Origin: Mobula hypostoma
Lineage: Eukaryota
Assembly (NCBI RefSeq): GCF_963921235.1
Contig: NC_086098.1
Coordinates: 237,584,001-237,648,000, forward strand
Length of the DNA stretch: 64,000 nt
Direction: 5' to 3'
Shown: piece by piece, positions 26,101 through 39,269 of the stretch
How positions within the stretch are numbered: the first letter of the stretch is position 1
How the letters are laid out: each line of letters starts with the position of its first letter
Notes under the pieces: generated by a model
The model's database searches: none
Seen by the model: the letters and a program-made list of their open reading frames with translations, nothing else
What the model was told of the DNA's origin: nothing
Program-made: the position numbers and the translations under genes

Positions 26101-28830
26101 CTGTATATAAATGATTTAGATGATGGTATAGATGGCTTTGTTGCTAAGTTTGCAGAAGCTTGGTGGAGGGAAAGGTAGTGTTGAGGAAAGCACTTAGACA
26201 AGTTAGGAGAATGGGCAAGGAAGTGGCAAATGAAATACAATGTTGGAAAATGCATGGTCATGCACTTTGGTACCAGAAAAAATGTGCAGCCTATTTTCTA
26301 AACGGGGAGAAAATCAAGGAATCTGAGATGCGGAGGGACTTGGGAGTCCTTGTGCAGAAGACCCTGAGGGTAAACTTAGAATTTGAGTCGGTGGTAAGGA
26401 AGGCAAATGCCACTTTAACATTCATTTGAAGAGGTCTAGAGTTCAAGATCAAGGATGTGGTGCTAAGGCTTTATAAAGCTCTGGTGAGGCCTCACCTTGA
26501 GTATTGCGAAGAGTTTCGGACCTCATGTTAGAAAGGATGTGCTGGCATTGGTCAGAGTCCAGAGTAGGTTCACAATGATGATTCCAGGAATGAAAGGCTT
26601 ATCATACGAGGGAGGTTTAATCGCTCTCGGTCTGTAGTCGCTGAAATTCAGAAGGATGAGGGGGGGATCTCACTTAAATCCTTGGAATGTTGAAAGACCA
26701 AGACAGAGTAGATGTAGAAAAGATGTTTCTCATAGTGGGAAAATGTAGGACAAGATGGCACACCCTCATGATAGAGGGGCGCTCTTTCAAATCAGAGATG
26801 CGGAGAAATTTCTTCAGCCAGACGGCGTTGAATTTGTGGAATTTGTTGCCACTTACATAGAAACATAGAAACATAGAAAATAGGTGCAGGAGTAGGCCAT
26901 TCGGCCCTTCGAGCCTGCACCGCCATTTATTATGATCATGGCTGATCATCCAACTCAGAACCCAGCCTTCCCTCCATACCCCGTGACCCCTGTAGCCACA
27001 AGGGCCATATCTAACTTCCTTTTAAACATAGCTAATGAACTGGCCTCAACAGTTTGCTGTGGCAGAGAATTCCACAGATTCACCACTCTCTGTGTGAAGA
27101 AGTTTTTCCTAACCTCGGTCCTAAAAGGCTTCCCCTCTATCCTCAAACTGTGACCCCTCGTTCTAGACCTCCCCAACATCGGGAACAATCTTCCCGCATC
27201 TAGCCTGTCCAATCCCTTTAGGATCTTATACGTTTCAATCAGATCCCCCCTCAATCTTCTAAATTCCAACGAGTACAAGCCCAGTTCATCCAGTCTTTCT
27301 TCATATGAAAGACCTGCCATCCCAGGAATCAATCTGGTGAACCTTCTTTGTACTCCCTCTATGGCAAGGATGTCTTTCCTCAGATTAGGGGACCAAAACT
27401 GCACACAATACTCCAGGTGTGGTCTCACCAAGGCCTTGTACAACTGCAGTAGTACCTCCCTGCTCCTGTACTCGAATCCTCTCGCTATAAATGCCAGCAT
27501 ACCGTTCGCCTTTTTCACCGCCTGCTGTACCTGCATGCCCACTTTCAATGACTGGTGTATAATGACACCCAGGTCTCGTTGCACCTCCCCTTTTCCTAAT
27601 CGGCCACCATTCAGATAATAATCTGTTTTCCTATTTTTGCCACCAAAGTGGATAACTTCACATTTATCCACATTAAATTGCATCTGCCATGAGTTTGCCC
27701 ACTCACCCAACCTATCCAAGTCACCCTGCATCCTCTTAGCATCCTCCTCACTGCTAACACTGCCACCCAGCTTCGTGTCATCCGCAAACTTGGAGATGCT
27801 GCATTTAATTCCCTCATCCAAGTCATTAATATATATTGTAAACAACTGGGGTCCCAGCACTGAGCCTTGCGGTACCCCACTAGTCACCGCCTGCCATTCT
27901 GAAAAGGTCCCGTTTATTCCCACTCTTTGCTTCCTGTCTGCTAACCAATTCTCCACCCACACCAATACCTTACCCCCAATACCATGTGCTTTAAGTTTGC
28001 ACACTAATCTCCTGTGTGGGACCTTGTCAAAAGCCTTTTGAAAATCCAAATATACCACATCCACTGGTTCTCCCCTATCCACTCTACTAGTTACATCCTC
28101 AAAAAATTCTATGAGATTCGTCAGACATGATTTTCCTTTCACAAATCCATGCTGACTTTGTCCGATCATTTCACCGCTTTCCAAATGTGCTGTTATCACA
28201 TCCTTGATAACTGACTCCAGCAGTTTCCCCACCACCGACGTTAGGCTAACCGGCCTATAATTCCCCGGTTTCTCTCTCCCTCCTTTTTTAAAAAGTGGGG
28301 TTACATTAGCCACCCTCCAATCCTCAGGAACTAGTCCAGAATCTAACGAGTTTTGAAAAATTATCACTAATGCATCCACTATTTCTTGGGCCACTTCCTT
28401 AAGCACTCTGGGATGCAGACCATCTGGCCCTGGGGATTTATCTGCCTTCAATCCCTTCAATTTACCTAACACCACTTCCCTACTAACATGTATTTCGCTC
28501 AGTTCCTCCATCTCACTGGACCCTCTGTCCCTTACTATTTCTGGAAGATTATTTATGTCCTCCTTAGTGAAGACAGAACCAAAGTAATTATTCAATTGGT
28601 CTGCCATGTCCTTGCTCCCCATAATCAATTCACCAGCTGTGGAGGCCGAGTCGTTGAGTAAATTTAAGGCGGAGATTGATAGGTCTTTGATTAGACATGG
28701 CATCACAGGTTACTTGGAGTAGACTGGGAACTGCTGGGGTTGGAGAGGACATGAAAATGGATCAGCCATGTTTAAATGGCCCAGCTGACTCGATGGTCCA
28801 GATGACCTGATTCTGCTCCTATGTTTTATG
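23190..28830 (+). mobile_element. Near full-length decayed CR1 (ORF1 esterase region and ORF2), interrupted at 26853-28634
   Basis: PVAIPLKNKYTALD (ORF1 region), GDFNMQVDW (endonuclease) and DFQKAFDKVPH (RT); the 3' end resumes at 28635 and ends in TATGGTCGTATG. Confidence 0.85.
26853..28634 (-). mobile_element. Young 5'-truncated CR1 with an uninterrupted RT and C-terminal ORF (about 560 codons)
   Basis: Stop-free frame 28634-26955 with PGPDG, YLDFQKAFDKVPH, SGVPQGSVLGP and FADD; (ACATAGAA)3 tail. Confidence 0.97.
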
Positions 28831-28904
28831 GTCGTATGGACTTAATAATAGATCCCGCCATTCCTCCATGAGAAAGATGCTAAAAACATGTTGTCTAGTC
28901 TCTG

Positions 28905-28977
28905 CTCTTTCTCTCTCTCTCTCTCTCTCCCCCCTCTCTCTCTCTCCCTCTCTCTCTCTCTCTCCCTCTCTCTCTCT
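28905..28977. repeat. (CT)n microsatellite
   Basis: Interrupted CT dinucleotide run. Confidence 0.95.
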
Positions 28978-30704
28978 AAATATATGTATGTTTATATGTG
29001 TCTATATGCCGCCTGCATAGAGTGCCACGTTGGCCTGCCGTTCCGATATATTTCTGGAAGGCTAGCTTTGCCTTCTCATACATGTCTCTAATTTCACCGA
29101 CGCTTTATTTGTTTAATTTCTAGTGTTTCCATTCTCAGTGTGACATTGATCCACGTTGACCTTTCATAGAAACATAGAAACAAAGAAAACCTACAGCACA
29201 ATACAGTCCTTTCGGCGCACAAAGCTGAACAGAACATGTCGTTACCTTAGAAACAGCCCAGGATTAACCATAGCCCTCTATTTTTCTAAGCTCCATGTAC
29301 CTATCCAGGAGTCTCTTGAAAGACCATATGCTATCCAAAAATTTCTTTCTATTTTAAACTTTTTATTGCATACTTTTTGTGGCAGTTCTGGTGGGTCTTC
29401 ATATCTACTACTACTGCACTCCAGCGGGATATAGCAAGGGTAAAATATTAGTAAGCTATTATTCCACTGATATTGGGTCAGGCTACAATTAGAGATCATG
29501 GCACAAGGTTAAAAGGTAGAATGTTTAAAGGGAACATCGGAGGAAACTTTTTCACTCAAAGGATGGTGAAGGTGTGGAAAGTGTTCGCAGCGGTTGTGAT
29601 GGGTGAGGGTCGATTCAAAATTTAAGAGAAATTTGGGTGGAGGGAGGAGGATGGACGCCAATGGTCCTGGTGCAGAATAACGGGACTAACCATATTAGTA
29701 GTTCGGAACAGACTAGATGGACCGAAAGGCGTGATTCGGTGTTGTGCTGCTCTACTACTTTATGACATTCTATGTTTATTTTAGTCGGGTCCTCAGCACA
29801 TGCGGCACAAACAACAAATTTCACGACATATGGCAGTGATATTGTACCTGATTCTGTTGTTGATCCTCACTCTGATGAAGGTCGTTATTGACAGTGAGCT
29901 ACGTGTGGGATATCAAATCTCCCTTCTATCGTCCATGATTTAATTCATCACCACCCAGCCTTGATTCTGGCACGATCTGTTGGATACTGCGTAAGAGATG
30001 AGAAGAAATTTCTTCCCAATTAAAAGTTCGACTTACGTGTCACGGTATCAATGTTTATCTAATAACGCCACTGTGAAACATTGGCTTTTTTTTTTATTTG
30101 TGAAATGATATTGCTTAATATCCTGCAGTATGGCTTGTGCAAGGCTTGTTCTATAGATTACCTCTTATTGGATAAATGTGGATGGTGATTAACATTTCGA
30201 ATATGTGTCGTTCATAAACTGGGATATGGTAAATCTCCCTCAAACCGCTCCTGACCGTAGGGCACTGGTCTATCCAATTAACCTCTCCCTCATTCAGTCA
30301 GGGGCGCTCAATTTCCTCTTCTAGGCCCCCTTGATTTTTTTTGGTCGCTGACCAGAGTCGAGGATGGGACGGATAGATGGATCGGGTCGGACTGTCTGTG
30401 TTGTGAGCGGCACTGATGCAGCTGCGGACCGCGTCATCTCCCCACGGGACCGGGACGGGGTTTGCACAGCCTTTATTTAGCGACAGTTGCACAAATTGAT
30501 GCTGTTTCTGTCCTGTTTGTGAAGTGGTGCAGGTGGCTCGGGCACTAGGTCTCGGGAAGGTGGGGGCGTTGATGAGATACGACTGAACTTTTTAAATTCT
30601 CTGAATCTGAGAAACCGCTATAATAGGAAGAGGCACATTCTGAAAATACATCTTAAAAATAAAAGTTTACACAATTGGAATTAGTTGCGACGAACGATGA
30701 ATGG

Positions 30705-31060
30705 GGTTCAGAGGGAAAGGGAGAGAGAGAGGGACAGAGGAAGAGAGTAAGAATGAGTTATGGGAAATAGGAGAGACAGAGGGTGAGACGGTGAGAGTGG
30801 GGAGGAGGCAGAGAGATGGGGTGAAAGAAAATACAGTGAGGAGTGAGGCAGAATGAGTCAGAAAAGATATGAGCGGAGAAAATTTATGTGAGAGATGGGG
30901 AGAGACAGAGAGGGGAGTGACGGAAGCAGTGGAGGGAGAGACATAAAGGCAGAGAAAGGGAGAGAGAGAGAGGAGGGAGAGGGGGAGAGCGCGAGGAGCG
31001 AGGTTGTGTGTGTGTGTGTGTGTGTGTGTGTCAGAAAGACAGAAAGAGGAGGGGTGGAGG
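30705..31060. repeat. GA-rich low-complexity tract with (TG)n
   Basis: GAGA-type repeats and a TG run at about 31004-31031. Confidence 0.9.
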
Positions 31061-31744
31061 ATATTATGACTCTCTCAGCTCCGTGTCTGATAAATGTATA
31101 ACTTTGCAAGCAGCGAACAGAAAACTCACCTGAGCAACATGAGGATTTGTGACTAGCCCAGAGGGTGATCATGGGCACGGGTATCTCACTTAAACTTCTG
31201 AACCAACCCTCAGCAAAATTTGAAGAACCCGATAAATGTTTCAATACCAGACACACAAGGGAATATATAAGCTCACGTTTGGACCTCGCGCACCAGCTTC
31301 ACGGTTATCCAAGATATGAAATGGTCATAACCCCAGCACTGCACAGACGATATTCGCAGCGATAATATTTATGAGAAGCCCTAGGAGTGGTTGTTGCTGA
31401 GCCTCAGTGACAACGAACTATGACACAAATTCCCTGTCCCTGAGAGCCGCGACATTTAGACTTAGTGTTATAAAGCACAGAAATGGGCCCTCCTGCCCAA
31501 CCCGTCCAGGCCGGCCAAGTTGCCAAACTGCGCTCATCCCATTTGTATGCGTTTGGATAAAGTCCCCAAAAAATGTTAATATCCATCCAACTGCCCGGAT
31601 GTCTTCTAAACTGCACAATTTTACTTCCTTCTACCACTACCTCTGCAAGGTTGTGAAACATATCTACCACCGGTCCTCGGATCTAACTCTCCGTTTTGGT
31701 CGTGCAAACTTTGCTTCCCTTGGGGAGAGTACTGACTGAAAGAC

Positions 31745-32600
31745 GTGATCTTATCTGGCTGAATAGTGCCACATCAACAATCTCTCGCTGAATGTCAGCA
31801 AAACCAAAGAACAGTTTATTGACTACAGGGGGAGAAAATCGAAGATCCTCCAACCAGACGTCATCAGGAGATCAGACATGTTATCGTCTCTGTCCAGGGT
31901 CCAACCCTCAAGAGCCATTACAAAGAACGCACGGCAAGGCCAGTAATTTCTTAGAAGTTTGTCAAGCTTGGCATGATATCTAAAGCTCTTACAAACATCT
32001 ATAGATGCACGATTGAGTCTCTGTTGACGGCTTGTATCACTGCCACTACGGAAACACCAGTACCCTTGAACGGAAAGACCTACAAAAGGTAGTGGCTACA
32101 GCCGAGACCATCACCGGTGAAGTCCTCCTCACTGTTGAGCACACCTAAAGCGGAACAGTCGCATGAAAGCAGCAAACATCCTCAACGACACCGCTCCCCC
32201 ACCAACCCCACCATGCAAGCCTTGCTCTCTTCTCGTTGCTGCCATAAGAAGGATGTATGTGAGGCTTAGGTCCCACAGTTGTGGGACAGTTATCACCCTC
32301 TACTATCAGACTCTTGAAACAGAGGGAACAACTTCACTCAACTTCATTCGCACCAACACTGAACTGATTCCACATCTATCGACACTTTCAAGAGCTCTGT
32401 AACTCATGTTCTTAATCTTTATTGCTATTTTATTTATTGTTATTTTGGGTATTTGCATATTGGTTCATTGTCCGTCTTTATTGCCTACCGTTGTTCATTG
32501 ATTCCTTTGCGTTTTTTGCATTTACTCTGAATGTCCGCAGGAAATTGAATCTCGCAGGAGAATATGACGACATCTATGCACTTCCATACTAAGTTTACTT
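31745..32600 (+). mobile_element. Decayed L2/Rex-type LINE 3' fragment
   Basis: TGGTGCCAC...AACAATCTCTCGCTGAATGTCAGCAAAACCAAAGA and TATAGATGCACGATTGAG homology; TTATT-rich 3' UTR. Confidence 0.7.
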
Positions 32601-33399
32601 TTACTTTGAGGCTGAGAAGGAGAATTCAAGCTCTCTGAAGTTTAAGGAATAAGTGGAAATTCCGTTACACATTACTGAATTGAAAGCAAATGGACGCAAA
32701 TTCTGTCTCTTCTGTTGGGGTGGGGTTGTGGCGCGGGCGTTAAGCGATGGGGGACAAGTATGAGAAACTGTGATATCACCCAGTTCAGTCAGCAACTAAT
32801 ATCTGATGAAGTTCATTCTCTAATTGCCTCGCCAGATTCCAGGCTGGAATTGACATACGTTTGGACATAACGTGATTCAGCATCATTCGTTTTGCCACTG
32901 GTGTCCCTCCCTCTTTATTCTACAACACTCATCAGGTTTTACCAATCCGACGCAGAAGTTATTGCAGTTTGTCATCATAAAGTACAACATCCCAACCATG
33001 ACAACCACTTTCTCATCCAAATAGTTATTATAGTCGAGGAATCGTATAGCCAGCGCTTGTCCCTGTTGTACACCATTGATAGCAGTCCTCCAGTGTGTAA
33101 AAGGATGCTTCACTACCGCCCTCAATCCAATGCCACACCAACCTTTTTTGGCTAATTGGCTCCCTCATCCCGTGCCTTATGTATTCCAAGCTTCCGAACC
33201 GGCTTACCATGCGGATCCTGGACAAGGATCTTTCGAAGTCCACATAAATACCAACAAGCTCATTCACAAAATTCGTCTTTACCTAAAGGGCCATAATCTA
33301 AACTGGTGCCCTCCTTCCCTTCGATACATTCCTTCATCCATTCATTGACTTTATTTATTTCCTGCCTGAAGGGTTATCACACTTTGTCGTCTTCTACTC

Positions 33400-34500
33400 A
33401 TTCAGGCATACTTCGTGATTGGGTGCACGCCGAACTCATCAACTTTGCCTCCAACTTCCACGCTGTCCTCAAATTTACCTGGTCTATTTCCGACACATAT
33501 ACTTCTCCTTGCACGATCTCTGTCTCAATCTTTGGAAACAAGCTTAACTACTGATTACTATTACAAACCCACTGACTCTCATAGCTACCTGGACAATGCC
33601 GCTGCTCACTCGGTTACTTTAAAAGTGCCACCACCTTCTCTCGATTCCCCCGTCTTGCTGCATCTGTTCTCAGGATAAGAACGGAGATGTCCTCCTTCAA
33701 AGACAAGAGTTCCCATCCTCCACCATCAACGTTCTCCTGCCCTCTCCGTAAATTCCGCCATCTCCTATGGGATCCTAACATCAAGCACCTTTCCCACTTC
33801 CCTTCTCCACTTTCTTCTTTTCGCAGTGAACGCGCCTTATGCGATTTCCTTGACTATTCGTCCCTCCCCACTGACCTCTTTTTGGTAGTTAACCTTGCAA
33901 GCGGAACAAGTGCTACGTCTGCCCCTACGCTTTGTCCCTCACTGCCATTCAGGTCTCCAAACAGTCCTTCCAGGTGGGGCGATGCTTCACCTGTGAGTCC
34001 GTTGGGGTAATCGACTGTATCCGGTGCTACCAGTGTAGCCTCCTGTCTATCGGTGAAACCCGACGTAGATTCAGAGACCTCTTCGCTGAGCAGCTACACC
34101 AGGAAAAGCGGGATCTCTCGATGTCCACGCATTTTAATTCCACTTCCCATTCCAACCACGACATGTCAGTCCATGGCCTCCTCTACTGTCATGATGAGGC
34201 CACACCAAGGCTGGAGAGCAACGCTTTATCTGCCGTCCGAGGACCCTCCAACCTGGTGGCAAGAACATCGATTTCTTGAAGGTCAGATGCCTACCCCTCC
34301 TATCCTTCGCCACTCCCCATTCCTATTTCCCTCTCTCACCTTATCTCCTTACCTGTCCATCACCTCCCTGTGGTGCTCCTACCCCTCTTCTTTCCTCCAT
34401 GGCCTTCTGTCCTCTCCTATCAGATTAACCCTTCTCCAGCCCCGTATCTCTTTCATCAATCAGCTTTCCAGCTCTTTATTACACACTTCTCGCCCTCCTA
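33400..34500 (+). mobile_element. Decayed Penelope-like element
   Basis: ELINFASNFH, YYKPTDSHSYL and SIGETRRRF remnants matching the element at 14910-16564. Confidence 0.85.
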
Positions 34501-35279
34501 CATAATAATAATAGTTATTATTTTAAACAGGTAAGGTTGACAGTGCAAGTGCGTTCTGAGACAATTCAGAAGTACTTCTTCATCTTTCAGCATGAAACAT
34601 AGGAGCTGTATTACGCGATTCAGCCCGTCACGTTTGACCCGCCATTCCATCATGGCTTATTTATTACTCCTTCCAACACTATTCCCTGCCTTCTCGATGG
34701 AATCTTTGACGTCCTTACTAATCAACAATCCCTTAACCTCCGCTTTAAATATACCCAATGACGAAGTTTTCACAGCTGTCTGTGGCAATGAATTCCACAT
34801 TTAATTTGATGCATATGATGGAAAAAAGCTCCTTCTCCTATTCCCCAGTAATGAGCTGCTGACGGAAGAAGCTGAAATATTTGCACTCCACACTGCGCTT
34901 GAAGAAACTAAAGCCTCCAGCTCTTCCTCCGTTGCAGACTGAAGTGGACGAATCTCTCTGCTACTCCCCATGTAATAGTTCCTGTGTGTTGGAAAACTAA
35001 ACTGTGCATGAATCTGTCTCAAGAGGTTCCACTACCGGCGTTGTTGACTGGTTTGTGTTAGCTCTGATGTTTCTGAATGGCTTCCAGCTCTCCCCATGTT
35101 ACTTTTCTGCACCTCTGTATCAGTTCTTGGTATCCTCTTTCACTTGTCTCACATGACTATGCTCCCACCAACATATCCAAGATTTAATCAAATCAGCGAG
35201 TTATTAGATGGTAGAAGTAAATAGACGGATTGGGAAGAGGCAATGGAGGAAATATAATAGTAATCTCTACTCTTACCTC

Positions 35280-35510
35280 TTTATGAGGTACCAACTCTAT
35301 GTTCATGGCCTCCTGCTGCTGTTCGACATATTCTGCGTTCAGAGATGCTCTTCTTCATCACTATTGAAACCCCTGTTGGCCACAACAGTGTTAATACAAT
35401 CGAATTACCGTCGCCTTGCTGTCAAATTGAACTAGTTCGACTATTATCCTCTGACCTCTCTCATTTACAAGGTGCTTTAGCCCAAAGAACTGCTGCTGAC
35501 TGGATGCTTT
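35280..35510 (-). mobile_element. Tc1/mariner-derived fragment
   Basis: GAAGAGCATCTCTGAACGCA and AAGGCGACGGTAA match the transposase fragment at about 47900-48040. Confidence 0.6.
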
Positions 35511-37099
35511 TCTTTATGACTTGCGATGCAGTAACAATATTTTTAGACTGAATACTGCCGTTTTAACTCCATTATGGTTGGTCCCAAGCCGGGCTGCGAA
35601 AGGAGCAGAGTTGGGCATGGGGCTCCCAACCCCAACCCGTTAAACCCGAGAGCTACAGAAACGCAGAGAAGATCCAAAGACCCTATCCATGGGAGATGAA
35701 GGATCTGTCGGCGTTCTGTACTCCATCGGGGGTGATCGGCTAAAGACGAAGAAAAAGATGTATTGCAGCTTAATTTGTTGTTACGAAAAATAAATCTGCT
35801 GAAGGTTAGGAAATTAAATTTAACACTGGACATCCAAGAAAGGTGTCAATCTGGTGCGTTTTAATTCTTCCATGCATTTAACTGTTTTACAATCTTTCCA
35901 CTGCGAACATAAAACAGGAGAAGCAGCCAGTGAAAGTACACTCACGGACATACTGTTGCGCCATCCCTCCCCGAAAGATGGTGCGAGGGATCACAACAAG
36001 TACATTTATACGGTACCTTTCACTTGTCACGTGATTCCTATCATGCAAATCAGTCCTGCGTTGCACAAAGGAATATTGCTCCGGAGTGTGCGGAGTATAA
36101 AGATCGATTCCAAGAGCAATACCACAGCTTCTTATAACTAAATGGAATTTCGGGACTTAATTGTGTGTGTTTGGGACTAAACTGAAGCTTGTGTTTCACA
36201 AACAAAACATTAAGGAGAGACATGTTGAAGGTGAACAAAACAGATGCGCTTGCGTGGGAGAAATAAGTGAATCTATCTCAATTAAAAGAACGGGAAGATA
36301 GTTTCCACGTGATTGATTAACGTTATAGCTAAAATGATGGCTTTTACATTCACCATAAAACATGAAGATAATCTGGCAATGTTTTAAAGTTTAGTGGTTG
36401 CGGATCCAACTCAGTTTCATTGAGGCCTCTGTTCATTATTCCGTACATCAATCTTGTGACGCATTGTTATGTCAGTTGCTGTCGCTTTCCTGTAAGTTCG
36501 CATCCGTATAGTCATGCTCCTCCGACCTAGCTCATTAACAAGGTGTTTTCATCCACAGATCGGTCGTTCAATGCTTTTTCTTATGTTTTTTTCGCACTAT
36601 TCTCTGTAAACTTCAGAGAATTTTGTGCCAGAAAAATCCAGGAGATACGCAGTTCCCGAGATACCCAAACCACCACGATTATGTCAGGATTAATGCCACT
36701 TAGATCCTCATTTTGATGTTTGGTCTCAACAATAAACAAACTTCTTGACCATGTCTGAATTCTTCGATGGAGTAAGTTGTGCCACATAACTTGCTGATTA
36801 GATATTTGCATTAACGATCAGCTGTACCTAATAAAGTGGGCTCTTAGTGTATACATTCTTTGTAGGTATGTTATACTGACGTACAAAGCATTATGACGAT
36901 TGTGGGTTGCTTCAGACTGTCCTGGTTGTTATCCCAAACATTGTAATTCACTGTATGTGCCGATATATATGTGACAAATAAGAGTAATCACATCCTTGCA
37001 TTGCTCTTGGAATGACACGATATATTATGAAAGCGAGACTAAATCACAACTCATCAAACAAGACGTCCAGGTACGATCTCCGGAAAGTCACCTTACGGG

Positions 37100-38700
37100 C
37101 GAAGTAACAATTCCGAACTAAACAGCAATTCCTGGCAACAGTAGGGCTTCGGAGCCAGATGAGCTCAATGCCTTCTAAAGTCGATTTCACCGTCAAAACG
37201 TGAAGGAACATTTAAGTACTCCTACAGCTCATGAAGGCCCTGTGATTTCAGTCATGAGGTTGAAGTGTGAGCATCCGTCAGAAGAGTGTACTCATGGAAA
37301 GCAGGCTTCAAGCAGTCTTCAATAAAATCGTTGGCTAAGAAGAACGTGGAAATCTTCCTCAGTGACTCTCGTTCCGTAGCACTTACTACGTCCACCGTGA
37401 TGAAGCGCTTTGAGACGTTGGTGATAAAACATATCATCTCCTGCCTGAGAAACGACGTCGATACTCTCCAATTTGCCTACTGACTCAACAGAAGCGTAGA
37501 AAATACTTTATCATTGCCTTCTCACTCATCCCCTGGAGCATCTAGACAGCAAGAATGCATACACCGTGATGGTCTTTATCGACGACAGTTTGACATTCAA
37601 CACCATTACCCCTGAAATCTTAACCAATAAGCTTCAAGACCTTGGCCTCAATGCCTTCCTGTCTAATAGGATCCTCAATTTCCTCAATTCTAGACCCCAA
37701 ACAATTCGGATTAGCAACTGCCCCTCTTATACAATTCCCAACAGCACGTCTGCAGAAAAAAGACGTGTACTTAGCTCGCAAACAACAGGAATTCTGCGGA
37801 TGCTAGAAATTCAAGCAACACACATCAAAGTTGCTGGTTAACGCAGCAGGCCAGGCAGCATCTCTAGGAAGAGGTACAGTCAAGACTGTGGCTCCTAGTG
37901 TACTTAGCTCACTACTTTACTCGCTGTACACTTTTGAATGTGAGGCTAAACACAGCTACAATGCCACATATAAATTTGCTAACTACACCATTGTTGTTTT
38001 CCGAATCACAGCTGGTGACGAATCAGCAGATCCGAGGAAGAGTGAAAATCTAAGTGGTGCAACAACAACAACAAGAACATCCTTTCACTCAATGTAAGCA
38101 AAAGAAAGGCCTGATTATTAACTTCAGGAAGTGGAAACTGGAGGTCCAAGACCCAGTCCTACTTCGACAATCAGGGGTGGAAAGGGTCAGCAATTTTTAA
38201 GTCCTTGGTGTTTCTTTTTCGGAGAATCTGCCCTGGGCCCTGCACGAAAGTGCAGTTACAACGAAGGCACGGCGCCGTCTCTACTTCCTTAGAGGCGTAT
38301 GAAGTATCGGCATGATATTTACAATTTACACAAACATCCACAGATCTTTAATGGAAGGTGTATTGATTGCTTGCCTCACGACCTGGCATGGAAAAACACC
38401 AACGCCCTTCAAGGGTTAATCCTACAGAAAGTAGCAGACACCGTCAAGCCCATCACATCCGCCACCCAGACCATGCTCTCTTTGCTCATGTTCTCTATGT
38501 ATTGGTTATTTATTTATTATTATGTCGTTAATTTTATTGTGTTTTTACACAGTTTGTTGTCTCCTGCTCGCAGGGTGTATTTTCATTTTATTGGGTGCGG
38601 TCTTTCATTGATTCTGATGTGGTTCGTGGATTTACTGACTATGCCTGCAAGCGTTTAATATGGTAACATATGTGTGCTTTGATAATAAAATTACTTTGAA
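37100..38700 (+). mobile_element. Decayed Rex/L2-like LINE containing a Penelope pseudo-LTR fragment (37778-37880)
   Basis: RSVALTSTVMKRFETLV, LQFAY and FNTITP remnants; AATAAA tail near 38685. Confidence 0.75.
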
Positions 38701-39171
38701 CTTTGCAATTTGACCTCAAATCTCTTTACTTTGGGGTACTTAAGCAATCTCTACGTTGACATACAGACCTGATGTCATAACCACGGATTCGGCAGTGCAG
38801 CAGATACGGCAATTGCGCTCGTGAATATGCACGTGTCCGCTGATTATTATCTCATTGTGATAGTATTTGACTCCATTCTTTCCGTCTTGCTGCATGTCGA
38901 GACTTGAACCCAGCACAGCAACGCTTCGCTGTCTACTTCCATTCGGCCCTGCCTTAGAAATTGGACTGTCGAGTTAACTGACTCTGAAGACTAGCAGTGC
39001 TCATTTTATATTCAGTTAATCCTTTCAGCCACAGTGTAGGCTTCATTTTCCATTTTTGCGAGTTTTAGTTGACGGCCCTGTTTGGCCTCGCGTTAATTTT
39101 CTTGCCCTCTAACTCTGTTCGCATTAAAGTCTGTGAACTATCGACCCGCTTCAGTGTCTCTTGCTCTACAG

Positions 39172-39269
39172 TTGGGCCATATCTGAACCTGGTGACAGCT
39201 GATCGCAGGTCCCGAGTTGCTTCTGAGGAAGAGTTGCAGATTTCACCACAATATGAGGAAATGTTCTAA
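39172..39269 (+). CDS. Putative orphan terminal coding exon with Tyr motifs
   Basis: Acceptor tctcttgctctacag, phase 1, GPYLNLVTADRRSRVASEEELQISPQYEEMF*; AATAAA at 40120-40125. No upstream exons securely identified. Confidence 0.3.

Noticed and set aside
28635-28706. N-terminal residues of the 583-aa ORF as part of the CR1 protein
   Set aside because: They are the host CR1 read antisense; the inserted element ends at about 28634.
35270-35345. Exon-like minus-strand segment with a GTAAGA donor
   Set aside because: The sequence matches the Tc1-derived fragment also present near 47900-48050.
39030-39060. CACAGTG heptamers (also near 30070, 51330 and 62080) as recombination signals
   Set aside because: No nonamer at 12- or 23-bp spacing, and none abuts a V, D or J segment.
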